Shown one piece after another: positions 49,593 to 58,215 of a DNA stretch of 64,000 nt. Numbering within the stretch: position 1 is the first letter of the stretch; every line of letters begins with the position of its first letter. The notes below the pieces were generated by a model. It worked only from the letters and a program-made list of their open reading frames with translations. It was not told where the DNA came from and searched no databases. Position numbers and translations under genes: made by a program. This stretch comes from an uncultured Acidobacteriota bacterium (GTDB taxonomy: Bacteria > Acidobacteriota > Thermoanaerobaculia > UBA5066): NCBI GenBank assembly GCA_963779415.1, contig CAVZYA010000002.1, forward strand, positions 64,001 to 128,000, given 5' to 3'.

Positions 49593-50258
49593 ATGAGGGT
49601 TTCGCCCGTCACACCGAGCATCGCGGAGTCCATAGAAGAACGGCCTTCCGGCGTCCTCGCCCGGGCCGCGCGGCGCGTCGACTTCGATGCCGGTCCTCTT
49701 CCGGAGCGCGCTCTCGCGGCCCTTGGCGGTGTCGTCCCGGCTTCCGGAGCCTTCTTGCGGTTCGTCGTGGAGGAAACCGAGCGGGCGGCCGTCGCGACCC
49801 TCGTCGCCGAAGCCGAGCGCGCTCTCTTCGCCGATCCCGGCTACCGCCTCGCGCTCGGGTCGCGCTGGAGAACGCCCCCGACGGCGGCGACGGACCGGAA
49901 GGAAGAGACCGATCCCCTCCTCCCTGTTCCCGACCTCTTCCCGGGGTTCGGGTCGTTTTACGTCTCCGGATGCGATCTCGCGGACCTGCAGGCCCGCCGC
50001 GACTTTCGTCTTGCCGCCAGCGCGCCGCTCCTCCTCGTCGTGACCGCCCCGGAGAGCCCGGAGGGGCGTGCCGCGGCGGTCGAAACCGGCCGGCGGATCG
50101 TCGTCGCCGCCGAAGAATCCGGGCTCGCGGCCAGCTTCTTCAACCAGCCGGTCTTCGCCCCCGAAGCGGGTCGTCGGCTCTCCGCTCGGCTCGCCCTCCC
50201 CGCGCCGCCGCAGCTTCTCCTCGCCGTCGGCGTGTTGCGGGGCTCTTCTCGCGGTTGA
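49593..50258 (+). CDS. Acg-like (nitroreductase-fold) protein, C-terminal-domain type
   Basis: VATLVAEAERALFADPGYR.ALG..WR; SAPLLLVV; GLAASFFNQPV; PQLLL.VG resemble the Acg/Rv3131 C-terminal half. Confidence 0.65.
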   Translation: MRVSPVTPSIAESIEERPSGVLARAARRVDFDAGPLPERALAALGGVVPASGAFLRFVVEETERAAVATLVAEAERALFADPGYRLALGSRWRTPPTAATDRKEETDPLLPVPDLFPGFGSFYVSGCDLADLQARRDFRLAASAPLLLVVTAPESPEGRAAAVETGRRIVVAAEESGLAASFFNQPVFAPEAGRRLSARLALPAPPQLLLAVGVLRGSSRG

Positions 50259-50271
50259 TTCATCGGCATCA
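50256..50271. promoter_or_regulatory. Motif A site TGATTCATCGGCATCA
   Basis: Matches TGATKC-N4-GMATCA; about 110 bp upstream of the 50380 gene; overlaps the upstream stop codon. Confidence 0.55.
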
Positions 50272-50379
50272 CGACGAATCCTCTCCCGGGGACCCATCTT
50301 TCGTTAGGAAGGCTCTACGCATCCACGCGCGTGGGCTTGAGAGTCTTTCGCGGAGCGCCGGTGCGAAAGGAGGCTCTCC

Positions 50380-52005
50380 ATGGCTCTTGTCGATCTCCAC
50401 CTCCTCGACGGCGAGGCGCCGGTCGGCGTCGATCCCGACCGCGTCATCACATGGCCGGCGCGGGTCCTCCTGCTTCTCCTGCTCGCTCTGACCGCTCTCT
50501 ACGGCCTTCGTCTCTTCCTCCTTCCGCTTCCGGTCGGGGCCATCGCCCCTCCGGCGGAGTTCTCCGCATCCCGTGCGGCCCGCCAGGTGGAGGCCATCGC
50601 CGCCGCACCGGCCGGCATCGAGTCCACCCTCGCCTCCTCCCTCGCATCCCTCGGCCTCGAGGTCGAGCCCGTGCCGGCGCAAAGCCGCGGCGTCGCGGCC
50701 CGCCTCCGGGGGACGCGGCCGTACGGGACGATCCTCCTCGTCACCCCGTACGACCCTGCGGGATCGGCCCCGGGTCTTTCGGGCGCCGCCACGATGCTTG
50801 AGGCCTTTCGGGCGCTCGCGACCGGGCCGAAGCCGAAGAACGACATCCTCGTTCTCTTCTCCGCGACCCGCCCGCTCGACGAAGCGGTCCTCGCGGCATT
50901 CGACGCCGCTTTGGTCCTTCGCTTCGAGCGGATCTCCGACCGCGGCCCTGTCGCTCTTCTCGCCACGACGGCCGGAAGCGGCCGCCTCGTCCGCGAGGCG
51001 CTTCGCGGTCTTCCCCATCCGACCGTGACTCTCGCCGCGAACGATCTCGGGCTTCGTCCCGTCTCGCGGGCGGCGACCCTTTGCTTCGCCGCGATCGGCG
51101 GGCCGTCGACCGTTGCCGCCGGGCCGGATCTCCGGACGATCCAGGATGCCGGCGAGACGGCGCTGGATCTCCTCCGCCGCTTCGGCTCTCAATCGCTCCC
51201 CGTCCCCCCCGGGCCCGACGTCGTCGCCTTCACCGTCGGGCAGGATCAGGTCGTCACGTACCCCGCCAGATGGTCCCGGAGCCTCGGCCTCCTGACCGCC
51301 GCAGCCGCGGTCGTCCTCCTCGCGATCGGCTTCCTCCAAAAGAAGCTCGATCTCCGCCTCTTCGCGACGGGCCTTCTTTTCCATCCGCTCGTCGCCTTCG
51401 TGGCGTGGGCGGCGGCTTTCTTCTTCCTCTCCCTTCTCTTCCGGTTGAATCCCGGAGGCCGTCTTCTCCCGTGGGGAGCGCTGCACGCGGAGTGGTTCGC
51501 GGGTGCCGTTCTCGCCTTGTCGGTCGCGCTCGCGGCTCTCCTCGTGACCCTGCTTCGCGGGTGGCGAAAGAGACCGACGGCCGATCCGGAGCTTGCCGCG
51601 GCAGGCCTTGCCTGGTGGGCCCTCTTCGCCCTCGTGGCGGGGCTCCGTTATCCCGATCTCGCGCTGATCGTCGCCGTGACGCCCCTTCTCCTCATCCCGG
51701 CCTTCCTCGTTCTCTTCTTCACGGAGAATGTCTCACGGCATCCGTGGCTCGGGGGGACGGCCCTCGCCCTCGCCGGCGTCCCGACCGTACTTCTTCTGGC
51801 GCCCGCCTGCCGTCTCCTCGACGTCGTCGCCGGATGGATGGCCCCGGCGCCGCGCCTCTCCGTCGCCGCCGTCTCCGCGGGGCTTTCCGCCCTCGTCGTC
51901 GCGCTCTTTCTCCCGCATCTCTCGCTCCCGCGGAGACGATGGCTCTTCCCGGCGTTCTTCCTCGTCGTGGCGGCCGGGCTCCTCGTGGCGGGCGTCCGCT
52001 TCTAG
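50380..52005 (+). CDS. Multi-TM protein with degenerate M28 peptidase domain
   Basis: EFSA.RA, LLVTPYD, MLE..RAL.TGP..KND...LFS, TIQDAG; the Zn-ligand motifs are lost; about 8 C-terminal TMs. Confidence 0.65.
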   Translation: MALVDLHLLDGEAPVGVDPDRVITWPARVLLLLLLALTALYGLRLFLLPLPVGAIAPPAEFSASRAARQVEAIAAAPAGIESTLASSLASLGLEVEPVPAQSRGVAARLRGTRPYGTILLVTPYDPAGSAPGLSGAATMLEAFRALATGPKPKNDILVLFSATRPLDEAVLAAFDAALVLRFERISDRGPVALLATTAGSGRLVREALRGLPHPTVTLAANDLGLRPVSRAATLCFAAIGGPSTVAAGPDLRTIQDAGETALDLLRRFGSQSLPVPPGPDVVAFTVGQDQVVTYPARWSRSLGLLTAAAAVVLLAIGFLQKKLDLRLFATGLLFHPLVAFVAWAAAFFFLSLLFRLNPGGRLLPWGALHAEWFAGAVLALSVALAALLVTLLRGWRKRPTADPELAAAGLAWWALFALVAGLRYPDLALIVAVTPLLLIPAFLVLFFTENVSRHPWLGGTALALAGVPTVLLLAPACRLLDVVAGWMAPAPRLSVAAVSAGLSALVVALFLPHLSLPRRRWLFPAFFLVVAAGLLVAGVRF

Positions 52006-53427
52006 CCCTTGACGCAGGCAATCGGACGGAGACGGGCCACGCGTGTCGAAAGGCCCGCCTCCTCGGCCACGCGCGCCACTTCCTCGACATCCTTGTAGGC
52101 CCCCGGAGCCTCCTCCGCCGCTCCCGGGGCCGAGTGGGCCTTGATGAGGATGCCGCGCGAGCCGAGCTCCTCGATCAACGCGCCGCCTCGCCACGTCCGC
52201 CTGGCCTGCGTCCGGCTCATCTGCCGTCCCGCGCCGTGGCACGACGAGGCGAACGAGCGCTCCTCTCCCGACTCCGTCCCGGCGAGGATGAAGGAGTACG
52301 TCCCCATCGTCCCGCCGACGAGAACGGGCTGGCCCGCCGCCCGGTAACGATCCGGAAGCTCCGGATGCCCCGGACCGAACGCCCGCGTCGCCCCCTTCCG
52401 GTGAACGAAGAGGCGGCGCGGCTTTCCGTCCACGCGGTGCATCTCCTCCTTGCAGGTGTTGTGGGAGACGTCGTAGAGGAGCGATAGCCGCGCCTCCGGG
52501 AGGCGGCGCGCGAAAACCTCGCGGACGAGATGCCCGATGACCTGCCGGTTCGCGAGCGCGCAGTTGATCGCCGCGCGCATCGCACCGAGGTAGTCCTGCC
52601 CCTCGACTGAGCGGAGGGGTGCCGACGCCAGCTCGCGGTCCGGCAGGACGAGGCCGTACCGCGGGGCCGCCTCGCAGCAGGACCTTCAGATAGTCCGTTC
52701 CGATCTGGTGGCCGAGCCCCCGCGACCCGCAGTGGATCGTGACGAGAAGATCTCCTTGTGCGAGGCCGAATGCGCCGGCCGCGGCGAGATCGAAGACGCG
52801 GTCGACGACCTGAAGCTCGAGGTAGTGATTCCCGGAGCCGAGCGTCCCGATCTCCCCGAGCTGCCTCTCCTTGGCCCGGTCGCTCACTTTCGTCGGATCG
52901 GCGCCGCGCACCCGCCCGTGCTCTTCGACGAAAGCCAGCTCCTCCGTCTCGCCGAACCCTTCCCGGACGGCCCAGGCCGCGCCGTGGACGAGCACCTCGT
53001 CCAGCTCCTTCTTCGAGAGGCGGAGAGCTCCTTCCGAGCCGACGCCGGCCGGGACCGATCGGTAGAGGTCGTCGGCGAGCGGCTCCAGACGGTCGCCGAG
53101 GTCGGAGGCCCCCACTCCCGTCCGGTAGGTCCGGACCCCGCATGAGATGTCGAAGCCGACCCCCCCGGCCGAGACGATCCCGCCGTCGTCCGGGTCGAAC
53201 GCGGCGACGCCGCCGATCGGAAACCCGTAGCCCCAGTGGGCGTCGGGCATGGCATACGCCGCGCCGACGATCCCCGGGAGCGACGCGACGCCGGCGAGTT
53301 GCTCGCTCACCTTCGCGTCGAGCCCCTCGACGAGGCGCCGGCTCGCGTAGAGAACGCCCGGGACCCGCATCCCGCCCTTCTTCGGAAGCTCCCAGACTGT
53401 CGGCGAAACCTCGCGCAGCATCTCCAT
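52002..53427 (-). CDS. rtcB: RtcB RNA ligase (long, archaeal/eukaryotic-like); frameshift ~52674
   Basis: MPDAHWGYGFPIGG, GFDISCG, GSGNHY, HCGSRG, HN, HRKGATRA, HGAGR, EEAP.AYKD, VKG*. Confidence 0.95.
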
Positions 53428-53431
53428 CGCC

Positions 53432-53908
53432 TCAGACGTCGACGACGCACTGGGCCACCCAGCCGCCGTTCTCCCGCGCGACCCGAAGGGCCGTGAGCGT
53501 CGCCCCTTTCGGCTCGACCGTGCTCTCGTGCCGCTTCGCGTCGTAGCGCTCCCCCGCTCCCCGCGCCGCGAGGCGAACCGGGGCTCCGTCCGGCGCCTCG
53601 ATCCGGACGTCGAGACGGGCGAAGAGAAACCGTCGCGTCGCGAAGAGGTAGATCAGCTCGTCGAGGAAGGCGACGAGGAGCCGCTCGAGATCGGGTGCTT
53701 CGCACGCCATCTCGGCTTCCGTTTCGGGCCGGACCGAGGCGGGGTCCCACGCCCAGAGCCGGGAGAGAGCGGCGGCCGCCCCGGCGAACGCCTCCTCCGG
53801 AGTTCCCCCCCGTCCCCGGATGCCGACGTCGGCGCCATGCTCGAACTGCTCGGCGAGGGGCTTTTCCGCGTTCCTCTCCACGACGGTCGAATAGTACGCA
53901 TGCACCAT
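53432..53908 (-). CDS. Archease (start may be GTG at 53880)
   Basis: FEHGADVG, LLVAFLDELIYL, EPKGAT, C-terminal VVDV. Confidence 0.93.
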   Translation of the reverse strand: MVHAYYSTVVERNAEKPLAEQFEHGADVGIRGRGGTPEEAFAGAAAALSRLWAWDPASVRPETEAEMACEAPDLERLLVAFLDELIYLFATRRFLFARLDVRIEAPDGAPVRLAARGAGERYDAKRHESTVEPKGATLTALRVARENGGWVAQCVVDV

Positions 53909-53917
53909 AGCAATGCC

Positions 53918-54030
53918 GGGGGCTCTCCCTCAGATTGAACGTGGCGCCGGACCCTCTCCCCCCAAATTCCGGTGTCGCCGGGCAACCTCAAGGGGCGCCT
54001 CGGAATGGAGGGTCCGGGCCTTTTTCTTTT
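53918..54030 (+). ncRNA. Candidate small RNA: rod with C-rich bulge, GCAA tetraloop and U-tract
   Basis: CCGGACCCTC/GAGGGTCCGG and ATTCCG/CGGAAT stems, G-U pairs only on +, TTTTTCTTTT tail; both flanking genes are on the minus strand. Confidence 0.55.
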
Positions 54031-54932
54031 CATCCCGTCCGGACCGTCAGGACGGGACAGGGTGCCGTCCGGACGAGGTGGTGCGCCGTGGAGCCGAAGA
54101 GAAGAAGGTCCGTGGCGCTCCTCCCCTGCACGCCGAGGACGACGAGGTCGGCCGCCATCTCGTGTACCAGGTGAAGAATCCGCCGCCACGGCTTGCCGAC
54201 GAGAATCCGGATCTCCACGGGTCGTCCCCGGCCTCGCGCCGCGACGAGCGCCTTGAGCCGGACCCGGGCCTCCTTCTCGAGGAGTCGCCGGTACTCCGGT
54301 ACGTTGAAGTGAATCATCTCGGGCGCCTCGGCCTCGGGCACTTCGCCGACGACGTGAAGAGCGGTCACGGCCCCTCCGGACGCCTCCGCGAAGTCGAGCG
54401 CCGTGTCGAACCCCGCCTCGGAAGAGCGCGAGAAGTCGATCGCCGCGACGATCCGGCCGAAGGGGATCGCGGCGGCCGGGCTCTCCTCCGGCTCGCGGGG
54501 AACGGTCAGGACGGGACAAGGTGCCTTGCGGAGCACCTTCTCGGCGACGGAACCGAGAACGAGATTTTCGAATCCGCTGTGGCCGTGAGTTCCGATGACG
54601 ACGAGGGAGTCGGGAATCCGGCGCGCCTCTTCGAGAATCGCCGCGACGGGTTCTCCTTCGGAGACGAGCGACCGGACCGGGATCCCGGCCGAGGTTGCCG
54701 GCTCCGTGAAGCGGAGGAGCCGCTCCCGGATCTTCTCCATCGCCGCCGGGTCGCTCCCAACGGGGACCCAGGCGGGCGGCGTCTCCCGAAGGGGGGCGAG
54801 AGGGCCCGCAAGGACGAAGAGACAGGTCAGATCGGCACCCGACCACCTCGCGAGGAGAGTGGCGAAACGGAGGGAGCGCTCCGAAAAGGTGGAGAAATCG
54901 GTCGGGCAGAGAATGTGTCGGATCCGCAGCAT
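54030..54932 (-). CDS. Universal stress protein with two USP domains
   Basis: ILCPTDFS, VIGTHG..G...LGSVAEKVLRKAPCPVL; AIDFS, FGSTAHHLVRTAPCPVL; GGAGGT RBS. Confidence 0.95.
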   Translation of the reverse strand: MLRIRHILCPTDFSTFSERSLRFATLLARWSGADLTCLFVLAGPLAPLRETPPAWVPVGSDPAAMEKIRERLLRFTEPATSAGIPVRSLVSEGEPVAAILEEARRIPDSLVVIGTHGHSGFENLVLGSVAEKVLRKAPCPVLTVPREPEESPAAAIPFGRIVAAIDFSRSSEAGFDTALDFAEASGGAVTALHVVGEVPEAEAPEMIHFNVPEYRRLLEKEARVRLKALVAARGRGRPVEIRILVGKPWRRILHLVHEMAADLVVLGVQGRSATDLLLFGSTAHHLVRTAPCPVLTVRTG

Positions 54933-55024
54933 GGCCACCTCCGGTCGGGCGGCACGCCACTCCCGAGGCGGCTCCTCGCCGCTCGTCCCACGCCAAGATC
55001 GGACCCGACACGCCCCGCGCGCCA

Positions 55025-55059
55025 TGATGCAAACGGCTCCCGATGACGCGCGCGCATCA
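55025..55059. promoter_or_regulatory. Tandem motif A sites TGATGCAAACGGCTCC (55025-55040) and TGACGCGCGCGCATCA (55044-55059)
   Basis: In the divergent USP/CBS intergenic region. Confidence 0.5.
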
Positions 55060-55121
55060 TGAAATCGCACCGCTTCGGCCCTACTCTTTGCCCGACGGAG
55101 TCCGGCTCCGGGGAGGCGAGG

Positions 55122-55556
55122 ATGAAAGTCCGGGACATCATGCGTACGAACGTCGAGACGGTCGACCAGGAGGAATGTGCCGAGGTCGCCTACAACCGGA
55201 TGCGGGTCCGGCGGATCCGGCACCTCATCGTGGTCTCCGAAGCCGGAATCGTGGGGGTCCTTTCCGAGCGTGATCTCGGAGGAAAGGACCGTGAGGCGAT
55301 GCGCCTGTCGCACAAGGTCCTGAACTTCATGACGCCCTACGCGGTGAAGGCGAGGCCCGGAATGCTCCTGCGGCGGGCGGCCCGACTGATGCGTGGATGG
55401 AACATCGGTTGCCTCCCGGTCGTCGACCGCGGGCGGCTCGTCGGCATCGTGACGGTCTCGGACCTTCTCGATCTCCTGGCCAAGGGGGGGGACCGGACGC
55501 CGGCCCGAACGGTCCGCCGGCCGGCGTCCCGGACGAAACGGGCAGCGACCCGCTGA
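55122..55556 (+). CDS. CBS-pair-only protein
   Basis: MKVRDIM, IRHL.V...IVGVLSERDL, IGCLPVVD.GRLVGIVT.SDLL; GGAGG RBS. Confidence 0.92.
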   Translation: MKVRDIMRTNVETVDQEECAEVAYNRMRVRRIRHLIVVSEAGIVGVLSERDLGGKDREAMRLSHKVLNFMTPYAVKARPGMLLRRAARLMRGWNIGCLPVVDRGRLVGIVTVSDLLDLLAKGGDRTPARTVRRPASRTKRAATR

Positions 55557-55595
55557 AGAGAGAGGTCGCCGCGGAGGCCGGAACCAAGTCCGTGC

Positions 55596-56549
55596 CTAGA
55601 TGACCGTGGTGTCCTGCCAGCCCTGGAGGAGGTGCATCGAGGAGGCGAAGCTGAAGGCGTTCGCGTCCGGCAGCCGCTCCAGGCTCATGCAGCCGCGCAC
55701 CTCGTCGAGCGAGGCGTGGCCGTGGCTCTCGAGCCACCTCTCCATCTCGTCGCGGACCGACTTCAGGTGATCCGGCCCGTTTTGCAGGAGGGCCGAGACC
55801 ATCTGCACCGTGTCGGCGCCCGCGAAGAGAGCCTTCAGGACGTCATGGGCGGTGTGAACGCCGCCGGTCGCCGAGAGCGACAGCTGGAGGCGCCCGGCCA
55901 GCATCGCGATCCAGTGGAGGCGTGGCAGCAGCTCCGCGCTGCTCGAAAGCCTCATCTCCGGTCGGACGGTCCGGGACTCGAGGTCGATCTCCGGCTGATA
56001 GGTCCGGTTGAAGAGGACGAGGCCGGAGACTCCCATCTCGTCGAGCTGCCGGGCGAAGCAGACGATCGACGAGAAGAACGGGTAGATCTTCACGGCGACG
56101 GGGATCGAGACCGAGAGCTTGACGGCCCGGATCATGTCGAGCGTCTGAGCCTCGATCGCAGAGCCGAGGGTCCAGAGGTTCGACGAGACGTGGTAGATGT
56201 TCAGCTCCAGGGCGTCGGCGCCTGCGTCCTGGATGAGACGGGCGAAGCCGGTCCAGCCGATGTCGGTCGTCCCGTTGAGCGACGCGATGACGGGGATCCC
56301 GACGGCTTCCCGGATTCGCCTGATCCGCTCGAGATAGGCGGCCGGCGACTGCTCCGGATGGACGGGGCCGCCCCGCCGCGCCGCCTCGTCGCGCCGCACC
56401 TGCTCCTCGAAGAGCGAGCGGAGGATGACCGCCGGGGCGCCGGCGTCCTCCAGCGCCCGAACCGTGTCGAGGTCCCACGTGAGGGGGGACGCTCCCGGCA
56501 CGATCGGACTGGCGAGCTTCAGACCGAGATAGCTCGTGGAGAGATCCAC
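55596..56549 (-). CDS. Dihydroorotate dehydrogenase-like flavoprotein
   Basis: DLSTSYLGLKL.SP, SLFEEQ, IASLNG, ALELNIY, GLVLFNR.YQP.ID, ATGGVHT. Confidence 0.85.
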   Translation of the reverse strand: MDLSTSYLGLKLASPIVPGASPLTWDLDTVRALEDAGAPAVILRSLFEEQVRRDEAARRGGPVHPEQSPAAYLERIRRIREAVGIPVIASLNGTTDIGWTGFARLIQDAGADALELNIYHVSSNLWTLGSAIEAQTLDMIRAVKLSVSIPVAVKIYPFFSSIVCFARQLDEMGVSGLVLFNRTYQPEIDLESRTVRPEMRLSSSAELLPRLHWIAMLAGRLQLSLSATGGVHTAHDVLKALFAGADTVQMVSALLQNGPDHLKSVRDEMERWLESHGHASLDEVRGCMSLERLPDANAFSFASSMHLLQGWQDTTVI

Positions 56550-56586
56550 GTCGTGCAACCTGCCGGAGGGGCGCCGGGGCCGTCCA

Positions 56587-56665
56587 TGATTCATCTGTTT
56601 CACCACGGGAGGACCGGGCGCACTGCTGATTCATCGGGCTCAGGCCCCGGGGGGCGAAAAGTCCT
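56587..56665. promoter_or_regulatory. Two motif A sites (56587-56602, 56627-56642) and a motif B box GCGAAAAGTCCT (56654-56665)
   Basis: TGATTCATCTGTTTCA and TGATTCATCGGGCTCA, 40 bp apart. Confidence 0.55.
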
Positions 56666-56914
56666 AGGTTGAAGGAGAGACCGGCTCCCTTTCGACCCGG
56701 GCCTCCGAAGACGCCTCTCGCCGCCTCACCCTCCCGCCCAACGCGAAAGGCGCCCTCGGGGAGTCCCTCCGTGGCGCACGGCGGCTCGCCGCCGTGCGCC
56801 ACACCTTTCCGGCGCGCCGGACCCGGCTGGACGATTGGCCGGATCCGTGAGACTCTGCATCGTTCCGGCGCGGCGCGCCCGACGCGCCCCGGAGCAGAAA
56901 GTGACCCCTGCTCA

Positions 56915-58200
56915 ATGGCCTTCTCCTCGTTCGGACTCCACCCCGACCTTCTTCGCGGCGTGAAGGAGCTCGGTTTCACCCGCCCCACGCCGATCCAGAC
57001 CGACTCCATTCCCCCGGCGATGGAGGGACGTGACGTCCTCGCCTGCGCGATGACGGGGAGCGGAAAGACGGCCGCGTTCGTCCTTCCGATCCTCCACCGC
57101 CTCATGTCGAAGCCGCGGCGGACGACGCGCGCCCTCATCCTGACGCCGACACGCGAGCTGGCCGCCCAGATCGAGGAGCACCTCGGGCAGCTCGCCGTCC
57201 ACACGCCCCTCACCGGCGCGGCCGTCTTCGGCGGCGTCGGGATGGGGCCGCAGGAGCACGCCTTCCGGAGCGGCGTCGACGTCATCGTGGCGACCCCCGG
57301 CCGTCTCCTCGACCACTTCCGCTTCCCCTACGCGAAGCTCGCCGGGCTCGAGATCCTCGTCCTCGACGAGGCGGACCGGATGCTCGACATGGGGTTTCTC
57401 CCCGACATCCGCCGCGTCCTGAAGCACCTTCCCGAGAGGCGCCAGACCCTCTTCTTTTCGGCCACGATTCCGCCGCCGATCGCCCTGCTCTCCCGGGAGA
57501 TGCTGAAGAACCCGGTTTCGGTCAACATCGAGCGGAAGGCCGTGCCGGCCACCGGAATCACGCAGGCCGTCTATCCCGCCCCGCACGACCGAAAGCCCGA
57601 CCTCCTGATGGCGCTCCTGAGAAAGAGCGGCCTGAAGAGCGTCCTCGTCTTCACCCGGACGAAGCACCGCGCCAATCGCCTCGCCGACAAGCTGACGCGG
57701 TCCGGCTTTCCCTGCGAACGGATTCACGGCAACCGGAGCCAGTCCCAGCGGACTGCCGCCCTCGCCGGCTTCAAGGAGGGGAAAGTCCGGGTTCTCGTCG
57801 CCACCGACATCGCGGCGCGAGGCATCGACGTCGAGGCCCTCTCGCACGTCATCAATTTCGACGTGCCGCACGTCCCCGAGGACTACATTCACCGCGTCGG
57901 CCGGACGGCCCGGGCCGAGCTGACGGGCGACGCGTTCACCTTCGTGGCGCCCGACGAGGAGGCCGACCTTCGGGCCATCGAGAGAGCGATCGGGTTGCGC
58001 CTTCCACGGGTCACGCTCCCGGACTTCGACTACACGGCGCGCTCGACCGAGCGCCTGGAGATTCCGATCCACGAGCGGATCGCCGAGATCCGCGCGCGAA
58101 AGGCAGGCGAAAGGCAGAGGGCGAAGGAGAAAGCCGACCGGAGAGCGCGGGGGGGGACCGGGGGGGGCCGAGGCGCCCCCCCGGCATCCGTCCTCACATC
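56915..58200 (+). CDS. DEAD-box RNA helicase (RhlE-like); true stop uncertain (G-run region)
   Basis: PTPIQ, TGSGKT, PTRELA, TPGRL, DEAD, SAT, ARGID, HRVGRTAR; the ORF reads through to 58528 over the next gene. Confidence 0.9.
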
Positions 58201-58215
58201 CGCGACAATTCGGGA

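Noticed and set aside
53857-53870. Additional motif B copy (GGGGCTTTTCCGCG) near the archease start
   Set aside because: It probably lies inside the archease coding region (AEKP), so it may be coincidental.
55076-55092. sigma54 promoter for the CBS gene (CGGCCCTACTCTTTGC)
   Set aside because: GG-GC spacing is 11 instead of the strict 10; valid only if a homopolymer base is an error.
58149-58182. G-runs and a G/C hairpin at the end of the DEAD-box gene as a G-quadruplex or phase switch
   Set aside because: Homopolymer lengths are unreliable in this assembly; the missing stop is most likely an indel.
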